This document shows positions 39,546 through 49,443 of a stretch of DNA of 64,000 nucleotides, one piece after another. The translations under genes were made by a program, and so were the position numbers. Each line of letters begins with the position of its first letter. The first letter of the stretch is position 1. The notes below the pieces were generated by a model. It did not search any database and was not told the origin of the DNA. It saw nothing but the letters and a program-made list of their open reading frames with translations. Source of the stretch: an uncultured Gemmatimonadaceae bacterium (GTDB taxonomy: Bacteria > Gemmatimonadota > Gemmatimonadetes > Gemmatimonadales > Gemmatimonadaceae); the NCBI GenBank assembly GCA_963761305.1, contig CAVXGK010000001.1:192001-256000 (forward strand). The letters are read 5' to 3'.

Positions 39546-40190
39546 TCAGCCGTTCCACTGCTTCACGACGACGCGTGCCGGCCGCAGGAGCTGCCCGTTG
39601 AACAGGTAGCCGACTTGGAACACGCGGGACACGACGTGGTCGTCTTCGGGCGAGAGGGCTGGTTCGGTCACCACGGCCTCGTGGAGCGCCGGGTCGAACG
39701 TCTGATCGACGGGGTTGATCTGTTGGAGTCCCGCCGCGCCGAGCGATTTGAGGAATTTCCGCTCGACCATCTCGACGCCCTGGGCAAGGGTCACCGGATC
39801 GACTGTGGCGGGATCGACGTGCGCGAAGCGTCCGAGATCGTCGAGCGCGTCGATGAGATGCTTGGTGAGATCGGCCTGGGCGCGGCTCGTCAGCTCCCCA
39901 CGCTCGCGCGCGGTTCGCTTGCGGTAGTTGTCGTATTCGGCGGCGAGGCGGAGGTACTTGTCGCGCTCAGCCGACAGCTCGCGCTGGACGTCGCCGCCCG
40001 CGACGACGGATGGCGCGTCTGTCCCGTCGGAGTCGGCTGCATCGGGTTCGAACGGCTCACCGGAGTCGCCGGAGGATGGCAAATCGGCGATCTCGTCTGC
40101 CGGACTGGCCCCCCGTGCGTCACCGTCAGCTTGCCGGCCGCCACCATCGGAGGGAGACGATCCGGCCTCGGGCTTTTTCGGTTGCTTCAT
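39546..40190 (-). CDS. grpE: Nucleotide exchange factor GrpE
   Basis: LRLAAEYDNYRKR, FDPALHEAV, GYLFNGQLLRPARVVV. Confidence 0.96.
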   Translation of the reverse strand: MKQPKKPEAGSSPSDGGGRQADGDARGASPADEIADLPSSGDSGEPFEPDAADSDGTDAPSVVAGGDVQRELSAERDKYLRLAAEYDNYRKRTARERGELTSRAQADLTKHLIDALDDLGRFAHVDPATVDPVTLAQGVEMVERKFLKSLGAAGLQQINPVDQTFDPALHEAVVTEPALSPEDDHVVSRVFQVGYLFNGQLLRPARVVVKQWNG

Positions 40191-40337
40191 CGTCCTGAAT
40201 GTTCGCGGTACAGGGTGCGGGGTGCAACGGGCATACCTTGCATCGCTGCCGGAACGGCAGCGGGCGCCCTAGCCCAGCGACACGGCTGGCCCTAGGCTCA
40301 GTGTCCCAGGCGATTCATCCAATCGGAGGGCGTCATC

Positions 40338-40667
40338 ATGGCCGGCCATCTGCTGCAAATCAATTTCACCCTTACCGTCCCGATCGATCAGTACGAGAGT
40401 GCGGTCGAACACGGATCACACGCGATCGCGGCAGTGACTGGGCTGCGTTGGAAGATCTGGATCGTCAACGCCGAGACGCAGGAAGGCGGCGGGTTCTACT
40501 GCTTCGAAAGCCGTGAGGCGGCCGATGCGTATGTCGACGGACCAATCGTCGCGAGACTGAAAACGGCGCCATTCGCTCACAACGTGAGCATCAAGCACTT
40601 CGACTATCTCGAAAGCGCGACCGCGGTAACCCGCGGCCCCGTCGGCGCGGCGCTGCAAGCCGTCTAA
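40338..40667 (+). CDS. YdhR-family putative monooxygenase
   Basis: GGAGG RBS; LLQINF, GLRWKIW, EGGGFYCFES. Confidence 0.8.
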   Translation: MAGHLLQINFTLTVPIDQYESAVEHGSHAIAAVTGLRWKIWIVNAETQEGGGFYCFESREAADAYVDGPIVARLKTAPFAHNVSIKHFDYLESATAVTRGPVGAALQAV

Positions 40668-41992
40668 CGCGTCGAGGCGCCGAGTGCTTCGTCGATCGGC
40701 GCCGTCGACGTCGAGAGCAGCCGACCTCGTAGAAGATCCAGCGTCCACTGCGCCGCGCGGTCGCGGATCTCGTTGCGATCGCCCCAGAGGCGATGCAGCC
40801 GAGTCGTGACGTCTCCGTCGATATCGGCGGCGAGCCAGACCGTGCCAACGGGTTTCTCGGGAGATCCGCCCGACGGTCCGGCGACTCCGGTGATCGCGAG
40901 ACCGACGCGCGCTCCGATGACGCGGCGCGCGCCCGCCGCCATCTCGCGCACGACTTCTTCGCTCACCGCGCCGTGTGCCGCGAGCGATGTGTCGCTCACA
41001 CCGAGCAGATCGCGCTTCACATCGTTGTGATACGCGATCACGCCGCCCAGCACGACGTCGCTCGAACCGGGAACCGCCGTGAGTCGGCCGCCGAGCAGCC
41101 CGCCCGTGCAACTCTCGGCGACGGCGATCGTGAGACCGCGCGAGCGGCACAGTTGCAACACGACGGCCGCAAGGTCTTCGTCGTTCTCACCGTAGATCCA
41201 TTCGCCCGCGCGCTCGCGCAGTCGCGCGGCGGCGCGCTCGATCGTGTCGACGGCGACTCGTTCCGGCACGTCCCGAATCGTGATGCGCAGGTCGACGCCG
41301 GCGATCGACGGCAGATACGCGAGGTCGAGGCCCAGTGGTCCGCCGTCCATCGAATCGATCTTGTCGGCGAGCAGCGACTCGGCGATTCCGGTCGTCCGCA
41401 GCGTGAGCGAGCGAACGACCGTCCCGGCGGTGATGCGCGCTGCGAGATGCGGCAGCAGCGAATCGGCCAGCATGCCGCGCATCTCGTGCGGCACACCGGG
41501 GAGCATCGCGACCCAGCGTCCGCGTTCGTCCTCGAGCCACACGCCCGGCGCCGAGCCGTGACGGTTCTCGAGCTTCGTCGCACCGGCCGGCAACATTGCT
41601 TGCTGTCGGTTGGCTGCGGGCAGCGGACGATTGAATCGCTTGCGCCAGCGTTCTTCCATCCAACGCAGATGATCTTCGTCGAGTTGCATGCCGCGGCCGA
41701 ACAACTCGGCGATCGACTGCTTCGTGAGATCGTCGGACGTGGGTCCGAGACCGCCCGTCGTGATCACCGCGCCGGTGCGCTCGAGTGCTTCGCCGACGGC
41801 GCGCTGAATCGCCGCGGCGCCGTCGCCGACCGTCGCGCGCCGCACGACGTGCATGCCGATCGACGCGAGTCCTCGCGCGAGATGAGCGGCGTTCGTGTCG
41901 ATCGTGAAGCCGAGCAGCAGCTCGTCGCCGATCGTTACGATCTCGACTGCGGTGCCGTGCAGCGCCTCGGGCGATGCGGCAGCCTCCGTCAT
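40664..41992 (-). CDS. cinA: Competence/damage-inducible protein A (MoCF-like + PncC)
   Basis: IGDELLLG, GGLGPTSDD, LPGVP, AESCTGG, GVAGP, KPVGTV. Confidence 0.94.
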   Translation of the reverse strand: MTEAAASPEALHGTAVEIVTIGDELLLGFTIDTNAAHLARGLASIGMHVVRRATVGDGAAAIQRAVGEALERTGAVITTGGLGPTSDDLTKQSIAELFGRGMQLDEDHLRWMEERWRKRFNRPLPAANRQQAMLPAGATKLENRHGSAPGVWLEDERGRWVAMLPGVPHEMRGMLADSLLPHLAARITAGTVVRSLTLRTTGIAESLLADKIDSMDGGPLGLDLAYLPSIAGVDLRITIRDVPERVAVDTIERAAARLRERAGEWIYGENDEDLAAVVLQLCRSRGLTIAVAESCTGGLLGGRLTAVPGSSDVVLGGVIAYHNDVKRDLLGVSDTSLAAHGAVSEEVVREMAAGARRVIGARVGLAITGVAGPSGGSPEKPVGTVWLAADIDGDVTTRLHRLWGDRNEIRDRAAQWTLDLLRGRLLSTSTAPIDEALGASTR

Positions 41993-42621
41993 TTTCCGGG
42001 CGCCGTCGAGAACACGTTGCCGAAGCTCCGCAGGTAGATCGCCAGCGAATAGATGGTGAGCACGACGGCGATGACCATCGCGAGAGCGCCACAGGTGCCG
42101 TTGAACATGGCGAACGCGCGCCACGGCGCTCCGTCCCACCCCTTGGCCGCGGCAAGCGTCACCGCGAAGAACCAGCAGTAGGCGCACCCTTGCCAGAACA
42201 GCTGCAAGCCGGTCTTCCACTTGGCGGGTCCGATCGCCGCGATCACCACGCCGCGCCGCGCCGCCGCGTGGCGGAAAAACGTCATGAACCCCTCGCGGCC
42301 CAGCACGACGACGACGACCCACAGCGGGAGCGCCACAGTACCCACCGGCGTCACGAACGGGAGATGCGACCCCAGCAGGTACATCGGAACCAGCGTCGCG
42401 ACGAGCAGCAGCTTGTCGGCGAGCGGATCGAGCAGGCGGCCGAGGTCGGTCTCTTCCTTTCGCGAGCGCGCGAGGTAGCCGTCGATGTAGTCGGTCACCG
42501 CGGCCACGGTGAACAGCATGAACGCGGCGAGCCGAAGTCCCCACGAGTTCGCCAGCGGCAACGTCGCGATGAACGGCGTCGTGGCGATTCGGCCTACGGT
42601 GAGGGCGTTCGGCAGGTTCAT
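41989..42621 (-). CDS. pgsA: CDP-diacylglycerol--glycerol-3-phosphate 3-phosphatidyltransferase
   Basis: NLPNALT, TDYIDGYLAR, GRLLDPLADK. Confidence 0.93.
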   Translation of the reverse strand: MNLPNALTVGRIATTPFIATLPLANSWGLRLAAFMLFTVAAVTDYIDGYLARSRKEETDLGRLLDPLADKLLLVATLVPMYLLGSHLPFVTPVGTVALPLWVVVVVLGREGFMTFFRHAAARRGVVIAAIGPAKWKTGLQLFWQGCAYCWFFAVTLAAAKGWDGAPWRAFAMFNGTCGALAMVIAVVLTIYSLAIYLRSFGNVFSTAPGK

Positions 42622-42802
42622 TGGACGGGAGACGTGCTCTTGTAGTCTTGGTAGCGGCGGCGGACCACCACGCGCACAGAGTACCTACAATCTCCCGCCC
42701 TCGCCCGCCCGATCCAAGACCCGTCGCTTGGAGATCCGCCAACCCGTCGCGCTACGTCGATCTCCCGTCCACCTGTCCACCCGTCCACCCGTCCACCCGT
42801 CT

Positions 42803-43480
42803 TCAGGCCAGCGACTTGAGCACCAGCTTGCTGACCATCTTGAGGGTGTCGAAGACGCCGTCGCCGTTCACGGCCACCGCCTCGATGTACGGCGCGCGCT
42901 CGATCCATTCGCCGGTGGTGAGCTGCTCGACCAGGCGTTCGCCCGGATGCGTGGAGTCTTGCACGACCCGCATACGGGACGGGTCGGTGACTTCCCAGCC
43001 CGGGTTCAACGACGACTGGAGCTCGCGAATGGGCGACGCGTTCGGGAGGTCGCGCTTGTTGTACTGAATCACGAACGGCATCGCGGTGAGGTCGTAACCA
43101 TATTCGGCCATGTTGTCGTAGAGATTCTGCATGGCCTCCTGGTTCGCCTCCATCCGCTCGATCTGCGAGTCGCCCACGAACACGATGCCGTCGACGCCTT
43201 TGAGAATCAGCTTGCGGCTCGCGTTGTAGTAGACCTGGCCGGGCACCGTGTAGAGATGGAACCGCGTCTTGAAGCCGCGGATCGTCCCGAGGTCCACCGG
43301 AAGAAAGTCGAAGAAGAGCGTGCGCTCGGTCTCGGTGGCGAGCGAAATGAGTTTGCCCCGCGTGTCCGGCTCGACCTGGCCGTACACGTGCTCGAGGTTC
43401 GTCGTCTTCCCGCCCAACCCGGGACCGTAGTAGACGATCTTGCAGTTGATCTCGCGGGAGGCGTAGTTGATCATCGACAT
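42803..43480 (-). CDS. mglA: MglA small GTPase
   Basis: [35 protein letters not shown]. Confidence 0.95.
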   Translation of the reverse strand: MSMINYASREINCKIVYYGPGLGGKTTNLEHVYGQVEPDTRGKLISLATETERTLFFDFLPVDLGTIRGFKTRFHLYTVPGQVYYNASRKLILKGVDGIVFVGDSQIERMEANQEAMQNLYDNMAEYGYDLTAMPFVIQYNKRDLPNASPIRELQSSLNPGWEVTDPSRMRVVQDSTHPGERLVEQLTTGEWIERAPYIEAVAVNGDGVFDTLKMVSKLVLKSLA

Positions 43481-43492
43481 GGCTGTCTTCCG

Positions 43493-43981
43493 CTATTGAA
43501 ACAGCTTGTCGATTTCGTCGTCGGCGCCGGCGAGGATGTTGGGCGCGCCCGCCGCATGCGCGCTGCGAGTGAATACGGTCTCGAACAACTGTGACAATTC
43601 TCCGACGGTGTGGCGAAGTTTGAGCCGCACCATGCCGAGCGTCGTGCGATTGTCGAACAGCACGACGAGGATGACGCGGCGCGCGATGTCGGCGAGATAC
43701 ATCGACTCCTTTTCGCCTTGATGGAAGAGCGAATTGAAGTCCTTCTCACCGATCAGCTTCGCGAGTTGATCGTTTGCGCTGAAATCGGCGGCGGTGAGAG
43801 TCGCGAAGGCGGTGGGGTCGAACGACGGGCGTTCGCCGACCGTCGCGACCAACTGGCCCGTCCGATCGACTAGCAGCGCGCACCGCGCGTTGCAATCGAT
43901 GAGAAACCGGTCGAGCGACTTCGTGATCGCGCCAAAATCATCTTCGGTGAACGACCAGCTGGCGCTCACGGAAGGAGCCAT
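43493..43981 (-). CDS. mglB: MglB roadblock/LC7 GAP
   Basis: ALLVDRTGQL, LAKLIGEKDF..LFHQGE, TTLGMVRL, DDEIDKLF; directly upstream of mglA. Confidence 0.92.
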   Translation of the reverse strand: MAPSVSASWSFTEDDFGAITKSLDRFLIDCNARCALLVDRTGQLVATVGERPSFDPTAFATLTAADFSANDQLAKLIGEKDFNSLFHQGEKESMYLADIARRVILVVLFDNRTTLGMVRLKLRHTVGELSQLFETVFTRSAHAAGAPNILAGADDEIDKLFQ

Positions 43982-43994
43982 TGCGAATGCGATC

Positions 43995-44333
43995 CTATTC
44001 GAGGTGGGTGTACATGCGGCGCAGGAGACGTTCGCCCGTTCGTCGAAGGCCCGGGCGGCGTTCCCACGCCACGTAGTCGTGGAGCAGATGGACGGCTTCG
44101 GGCCCCGGCCGTCGGCCGAGGTATCCAAGTGCCGCCAGGCGCCGGACGGGCTTCGCGCTGAACAGGTCACGTCGGGAACGCCGGATCTGCGCGTTCCAGA
44201 CCACCGTTCCCAGTATTAGACCGACGAGGAAGCCCCCCGTCACGGCCCATCCTGTTCCACCCTTGTGCGGCCTTTCGTCATCGCCGTTCCCTGTCCACCC
44301 GTCCACCTGTCCACCCGTCCACCTGCGATTCAC
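43995..44333 (-). CDS. Small membrane protein with HEAT-like C-terminus (start uncertain)
   Basis: One TM (GGFLVGLILGTVVW), then RRLAALGYL; in the recR-mglB operon. Confidence 0.65.
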   Translation of the reverse strand: MNRRWTGGQVDGWTGNGDDERPHKGGTGWAVTGGFLVGLILGTVVWNAQIRRSRRDLFSAKPVRRLAALGYLGRRPGPEAVHLLHDYVAWERRPGLRRTGERLLRRMYTHLE

Positions 44334-44923
44334 ATCGCCCTCCGCGCGCTGATCGCTTGCGCAATGGTGACTCCGTCGGCGTACTCCAGATCGCCGCCGA
44401 CGGGCAGTCCCCGCGCGATGCGCGACACCGCGACCCCCGTCGATCCCAGCTGTGTCTGGACGTAGAGCGCCGTGGCTTCGCCCTCGAGGCTTGGATTCGT
44501 CGCGAGAATGACCTCGCGGATGGCCGCACCGTCGGGACGAACGCGCTCGACCAGCGCCTCCACCGTCAGATCAGCAGGACCCACGCCGTCGAGCGGGGAC
44601 AAGCGGCCGCCCAGCACGTGGTAGAGTCCGCGGAACTCGCCCGCCCGCTCGATCGCGCCGATGTCCGATGCCTGCTCGACGACGCAGATCAGCGACGCGT
44701 CGCGGCGCGGGTCGCGGCAAATCGAACAGACGTCGTCTTCGGTGAGATTGAAGCAGCGCGTGCAGGCCCGCACGCGTTCGCCGAGCGTGACGAGCGCGGT
44801 CGCCAGGCGCTTGCTCTGTTCCGGCGGCTGCCGCAGCAAATAGTACGTGAGCCGCAGCGCCGTCTTGCGACCAATGCCGGGAAGCCGCGAGAGCTCGGTC
44901 GCGAGATCGTCGATCGCTGACAC
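44330..44923 (-). CDS. recR: Recombination mediator RecR
   Basis: LPGIGRKTA, C4 zinc finger, EVILATNP..EGEATA, GLPVGGDLEYAD. Confidence 0.98.
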   Translation of the reverse strand: MSAIDDLATELSRLPGIGRKTALRLTYYLLRQPPEQSKRLATALVTLGERVRACTRCFNLTEDDVCSICRDPRRDASLICVVEQASDIGAIERAGEFRGLYHVLGGRLSPLDGVGPADLTVEALVERVRPDGAAIREVILATNPSLEGEATALYVQTQLGSTGVAVSRIARGLPVGGDLEYADGVTIAQAISARRAM

Positions 44924-44950
44924 GTCGCCGGTCCTACTCGAGCCCGATGC

Positions 44951-45268
44951 TCAGAAGGGAAGCTTGAACGGCAGTTGGAGGCCGCCGGTGACTTTCCCCA
45001 TCTGCTCCTGCGCCGCGGCCTGCGCCTTCTGCTGCGCGTCCGACACGGCCACGACGACGAGATCCTCGAGCATCTCGATGTCCGACGAATTCACCACGCT
45101 CGGATCGATCTTGATCTTCGTGATCTGCCCCGTACCGCTCACTTCCGCCGTGACCATGCCGCCACCAGCCGATCCGGAGACGCGCTGCTGCTGCAGCTCT
45201 TCCTGGATCTTCTGAAAGCGACCCTGCACTTCCTGCGCTTGCTGCAGGATTTTCATGAAGTCGGGCAT
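44951..45268 (-). CDS. ybaB: YbaB/EbfC nucleoid-associated protein
   Basis: GSAGGGMV, DIEMLEDLV; between dnaX and recR. Confidence 0.96.
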   Translation of the reverse strand: MPDFMKILQQAQEVQGRFQKIQEELQQQRVSGSAGGGMVTAEVSGTGQITKIKIDPSVVNSSDIEMLEDLVVVAVSDAQQKAQAAAQEQMGKVTGGLQLPFKLPF

Positions 45269-45395
45269 AGAAAGCGGGTGGACAGGTGGACGGGTGAACG
45301 GGGTGGACAGGAGAACGGCGGAGAAAGCGAGGCGAGACGTCTGAAATCAGACCTCTGACTTCTAGCTGTCCACCCGTCCACCGGTCCAACTGAAG

Positions 45396-47282
45396 TTAAT
45401 CTGCCACGTCGAGGTCGAGCGCTTCGATCGCCGCGTCCAGCAGCGGATCGCGCCGACGAAGGGCCGCCACTCGCTCGGCGCGCACCATCTCGTCGGTGAG
45501 ACGCTTCGGTGGCGTCGCGACGGACTGGTCGTCGCGCCGAACCTCGACGCGCTCCACGCCGGCGAAGCGCTCGCGCAGCATCGCCACGATCTCCGGTCGG
45601 CTGCTGTTGATCGCGTGAATGTAGATGTCGTTCGGCTCGTCGGGCTCGATGGTGACGACACCGGCGGCGTTCACCGCCGCAGGCAATGCGTGCGAGAGCG
45701 CGGTGGCGAGCATCGGCTTCGTCGCGCGCACGCGCTCGACCATCTCATCCCACATCGCCGTGATCTTGTTCAGATCGAGCGGCTCGATCTTCGAGACGAC
45801 GGCGGCGACCTCGAACTGTTCACCGCGGAACTTCACGAGCGCGGCGTCGGCGAGTTCGGCGCGGACCGCTGGACCGTCGGCACGCGCGCCGGGTCGCGCC
45901 GGAGACGTCGGTGCGGGTCGCCCACTGATGGTCGCAGTCGCCACGGGCCCGGCCGCCGCGTCGGCGAGCGCGTCTCGGCGCGTAGACGGAGGCGCGCTGT
46001 TTCGAGCCTGCGTCGTCGCCGGCCCGCCCCCTGAACTCCCCCCCCCCCCGCTTCCGGAACCGATCGAGCGAATCAGCCCTTCGATCTCGACGGCGCGATC
46101 GAGCAGCGCGAACCGAACCAGCAGCGTTTCGACGAGCAGTTGTTGCTGCCCGCTTTTCTTGAATCGCGGCTCCAGCTCGGTGATCAGTTGCAGCATGCGC
46201 AGCAGATCGGACGCCGAGAATCGGTCGCGTCGCGCCTCGAGCGCTTCGCGGCCGCGCTCCGAGACGTCGGTCGCCGATCCGCCGAGCACCATCGTGAGCA
46301 GCGCGCGCAGCGTGTCGGCCAGCCCGTTGAGAAATCCGCCGAAGTCGATGCCCGAGTCGGCGAGCCGCGCGACGGACGAGAACACGTCGGCGGCGCGGCG
46401 ATCGGCGATGATGTCGACGAGCGCGACGAATTCGTCTTCGGCCACGAGTCCGAGCGCGTCTCGCACGCGGTCCGCCGTGACGCGGCCGTCGCCCATCGAC
46501 AACACCTGGTCGGTGAGACTCAACGCGTCGCGCATCGAGCCGTCGGCCGCACGCGCGATCGACGCGAGCGCCTCGGGCTCGGACGCGATCTTCTCTTCCG
46601 CCAACACGTGCGACAGCCGCTCGCGAATCTCGGCGGCGCCGATGCGCTTGAAGTCGAATCGCTGCAGCCGGCTCAGGACCGGCGCCGCGGACTGCGCGAT
46701 CTTCTGCGGCTCGGTCGTCGCGAAAACGAACACGACGCGCGGCGGCGGCTCCTCGAGAATCTTGAGGAGGGCGTTCCACGCTTCGCGCGTGAGCATGTGC
46801 GCTTCGTCGACGATGTAGACTTTGTAATGGTCCGCACCCGACGGCGCGTACATCGCGCGCTCGCGCAGCTCGCGCGCGTCGTCAACGCCGCGGTTCGACG
46901 CCGCGTCGATCTCGACGACGTCGAGGCTCGCCGAGCCGCTCCAGATGCGCTGGCAGGATTGGCACTCCCCACAAGGTTCGCCCGCTTCGCGGGCGAGCGT
47001 TTCATAGGCGTCGCTCACGCCTTCGGCGCTCGCTCCCGTTCCTCGCGCCTGGTCGAGCTCGGCAAACTGTCTGGCCTTCTCGAGTCGCCGCTCGCAGTTG
47101 AGCGCCATCGCGAGCACGCGGGCGAGCGTAGTCTTGCCCACGCCGCGCGGGCCGCAGAGGAGGTACCCGTGCGCCACGCGTCCGCGCGCGATCGCGCCCT
47201 TGAGCGTCGACGACACGTGCGACTGCACGGCGACATCGGCGAAACGCTTCGGGCGGTATTTCCTGGCGAGCGCGAGTGACAT
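45396..47282 (-). CDS. dnaX: DNA polymerase III subunit gamma/tau
   Basis: LARKYRP, GPRGVGKTT, EIDAAS, DEAHML, LLKILEEPP, GSMRDALS. Confidence 0.97.
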   Translation of the reverse strand: MSLALARKYRPKRFADVAVQSHVSSTLKGAIARGRVAHGYLLCGPRGVGKTTLARVLAMALNCERRLEKARQFAELDQARGTGASAEGVSDAYETLAREAGEPCGECQSCQRIWSGSASLDVVEIDAASNRGVDDARELRERAMYAPSGADHYKVYIVDEAHMLTREAWNALLKILEEPPPRVVFVFATTEPQKIAQSAAPVLSRLQRFDFKRIGAAEIRERLSHVLAEEKIASEPEALASIARAADGSMRDALSLTDQVLSMGDGRVTADRVRDALGLVAEDEFVALVDIIADRRAADVFSSVARLADSGIDFGGFLNGLADTLRALLTMVLGGSATDVSERGREALEARRDRFSASDLLRMLQLITELEPRFKKSGQQQLLVETLLVRFALLDRAVEIEGLIRSIGSGSGGGGSSGGGPATTQARNSAPPSTRRDALADAAAGPVATATISGRPAPTSPARPGARADGPAVRAELADAALVKFRGEQFEVAAVVSKIEPLDLNKITAMWDEMVERVRATKPMLATALSHALPAAVNAAGVVTIEPDEPNDIYIHAINSSRPEIVAMLRERFAGVERVEVRRDDQSVATPPKRLTDEMVRAERVAALRRRDPLLDAAIEALDLDVAD

Positions 47283-47423
47283 ACGCGGGTGCGGGGCGCG
47301 GGGGGCGGGGGGCGGGGACCGGCGAGCTGGGAGCGGAACCCGCGAGCAGGGAGAGCGGGGTGGACAATGTACCGAAAAGCAAAGCGCGGGGACATCGCTC
47401 AGGTCGAGCGTTGTCTCCCGCGC

Positions 47424-47527
47424 GATACCCCAGGTCTGACGAAGCAACATCAGACACCTCTTACCGCTGCTACCTTCGGGGTCCTGACGGAGTTCGAAGG
47501 CTGACGCCCTCCGGGACCTGAGGCACC
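47424..47527 (-). ncRNA. ffs: Small SRP RNA (4.5S)
   Basis: GTCAGGACCCCGAAGGTAGCAGC helix-8 motif; pairing ends GGTGCCTCAGGTC/GACCTGGGGTATC; upstream of dnaX. Confidence 0.9.
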
Positions 47528-47620
47528 TTTAATCTAACCGGGCGACGGCGCGGCGAGCGCGGCATGACGAGATCGAGCGGCCTTGCGCACGCTTATTCGG
47601 CTTGCCATGTTGCCGAACAG

Positions 47621-48097
47621 ATGCCGAAGAACGCGACCAAGCGCCCGTCCACAGCCAAGCGCCGCACGAAGCCGGCGCCGAGGTCGAAACCGGCGCGGAC
47701 GCCGCTCGACCGTCTTCGCACCATGTGTCTCGCGCTGCCGCACAGCACCGAGGTCGAAGCGTGGGGCGCGCCGACGTTTCGCGTCGGAAAGCTGTTCGCG
47801 ATGTACGCGTCGCCGTCGTCGCACCACAGCGGCGGCCGACCTGCGGTGTGGATCTACTCGGTGAGCCTGGAACAGGATCTCGTCATCCGCTCGCGACCGG
47901 ACAAATACTTCAAGCCTGCTTACGTCGGTGCCTACGGCTGGATCGGTGCGTGGCTCGATCAAAGTCCGCCCTGGGACGAGATCGACGAACTCCTCCGCGA
48001 CGCCTGGCGCCGTCGCGCACCGAAGCGCGTCATCCCCCTGCTCGACGTCGCCGAAGGTCCGTCCACGAGATCGGCGCGCCCGAAACAGCCGGGCTGA
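47621..48097 (+). CDS. MmcQ/YjbR family DNA-binding protein
   Basis: LRTMCLALP, WGAPTFRV-GKLFA, PAYVGAYGWIG. Confidence 0.88.
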   Translation: MPKNATKRPSTAKRRTKPAPRSKPARTPLDRLRTMCLALPHSTEVEAWGAPTFRVGKLFAMYASPSSHHSGGRPAVWIYSVSLEQDLVIRSRPDKYFKPAYVGAYGWIGAWLDQSPPWDEIDELLRDAWRRRAPKRVIPLLDVAEGPSTRSARPKQPG

Positions 48098-48137
48098 CAC
48101 CTCGCGCACACCGGTTGTCAGCTCTAGTGGTTGGCCC

Positions 48138-49312
48138 CTACACGTCCGCCGGGGACGCGAGTCTTGAACTCGAGTATCCTTTCGCCGCGCCACCGTGAGC
48201 CCGATATGGGAAAAGCCGCTTCAGCGCCAGGCTCGGCGCTTCGATTCCGCGCCAGGACGCTTCGGCCAGCACGCAACTCACGCCTACTCCGACTGCGGCG
48301 AAGGCGGTGACTGCCGCCAGAGACGACGGCCGCGCGCCGCCCGCCCGCTCTAATTCGTAGATCGGCAAATGAATCAGGTACAGCGCATAGGATCGGCGAC
48401 CGAGCCACGCGATCGTTGGGCGGGAGAGCCATGCGACGATTCGACTGCCGGGACTCGCGAGGACGAGCGTCATTGCCGCGCCAGCCACCAGCGCGATTGC
48501 CGAGAAGCACGCCGTTTCCATCGTCACCGTGAACGGCTCGAAATCGCGGCACGCCAATGCGACCACGCAACACAGGCCGACCAACCCGAAGGCCCAGGCA
48601 GTCGGCGGTGCGTCGGCTAGCGGGCGCACTCGACTCTTCACTCGCGGCCACGCGTCGCTCCGCACGACGAACGCAATCAATGCTCCAATCGCGAGCGCAT
48701 CCATGCGGGCAGGAGTCAGCACGAAGGTTGCGAGCTCACGGTGCTGAACGACGAGCAGCGCGCGATAGAGCGGCGCGACGACGACAGCGGCGACGGCGGC
48801 CGCGAGACTCGCGCGTTTCGGCGCCAGCAGAACGATCGCCGGCCAGACCAGACAGAACTGCTCCTCGACAGCCAGACTCCAGAAATGGCGGGCGGGCCGC
48901 GAAATGGTCGCCAGGGAGCCGTCGGCGGCCATGCGGATGTTGGTGGCGAACGTCGCGATCCATGCAAAGTGCATGGGCATCTCGCCCGTGAACCGCAGGG
49001 ATACGACCGCCATTACGAACAACAGGACGGCGACCGGTGGCAGGATACGAAGCGCGCGCCGAGCGTAGAAGGGTCCGAGCTGCGACGGCGATCGGTTGTC
49101 GAGACAAATCCCCGTAATGAGAAAACCGGAGAGCACGAAGAAGAGATCGACGCCCATCCAGCCGGTGAGCGTCACGGTGCCGACGGCGTTGCCGAGGATC
49201 CCCGGGAGCGGCGGGAAAAAGAAAGCCGCAACATGACGAGCGCGATCGCGATTCCGCGCAGCCCGTCCAGCCCGGCGTAGCGCGACCGCTCCGGCTCCGC
49301 ACGCGCGATCAT
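48138..49312 (-). pseudogene. Acyltransferase-3 (OafA-like) with a 1-nt frameshift near 49225
   Basis: LDGLRGIAIALVML in one frame; GWMGVDLFFVLSGFLIT, HFWSLAVEEQF, GRRSYALYLIH in another. Confidence 0.8.
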
Positions 49313-49443
49313 CCCGTCACCATGTCGTCAATTATCGTCCCGCTTCAGGTGCCGCTCAAATGTCGCGGCCTCTGCCAGTCGTTCTCGATCGCTGCGAATC
49401 GATAATGGCGTCGGTCAGGGACCGGATCGGCCTCACCCGCGCT

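Noticed and set aside
40191..40337. CIRCE element or sigma54 promoter near grpE
   Set aside because: No TTAGCACTC-N9-GAGTGCTAA; GGCATACCTTGC does not have GG-N10-GC spacing.
40664..42742. 692-aa CinA fusion
   Set aside because: The upstream part is an alternate frame over pgsA; true start is 41992. Similar over-extensions were trimmed for pyk, tal, kynA, dnaX, mglB and sad.
42803..47527. mglBA next to dnaX-ybaB-recR as a novelty
   Set aside because: ffs-dnaX-ybaB-recR is a known conserved block and mglBA near it is recalled from deltaproteobacteria.
47530..49440. Island integrated at ffs
   Set aside because: No duplicated ffs segment, flanking direct repeat or mobility gene seen.
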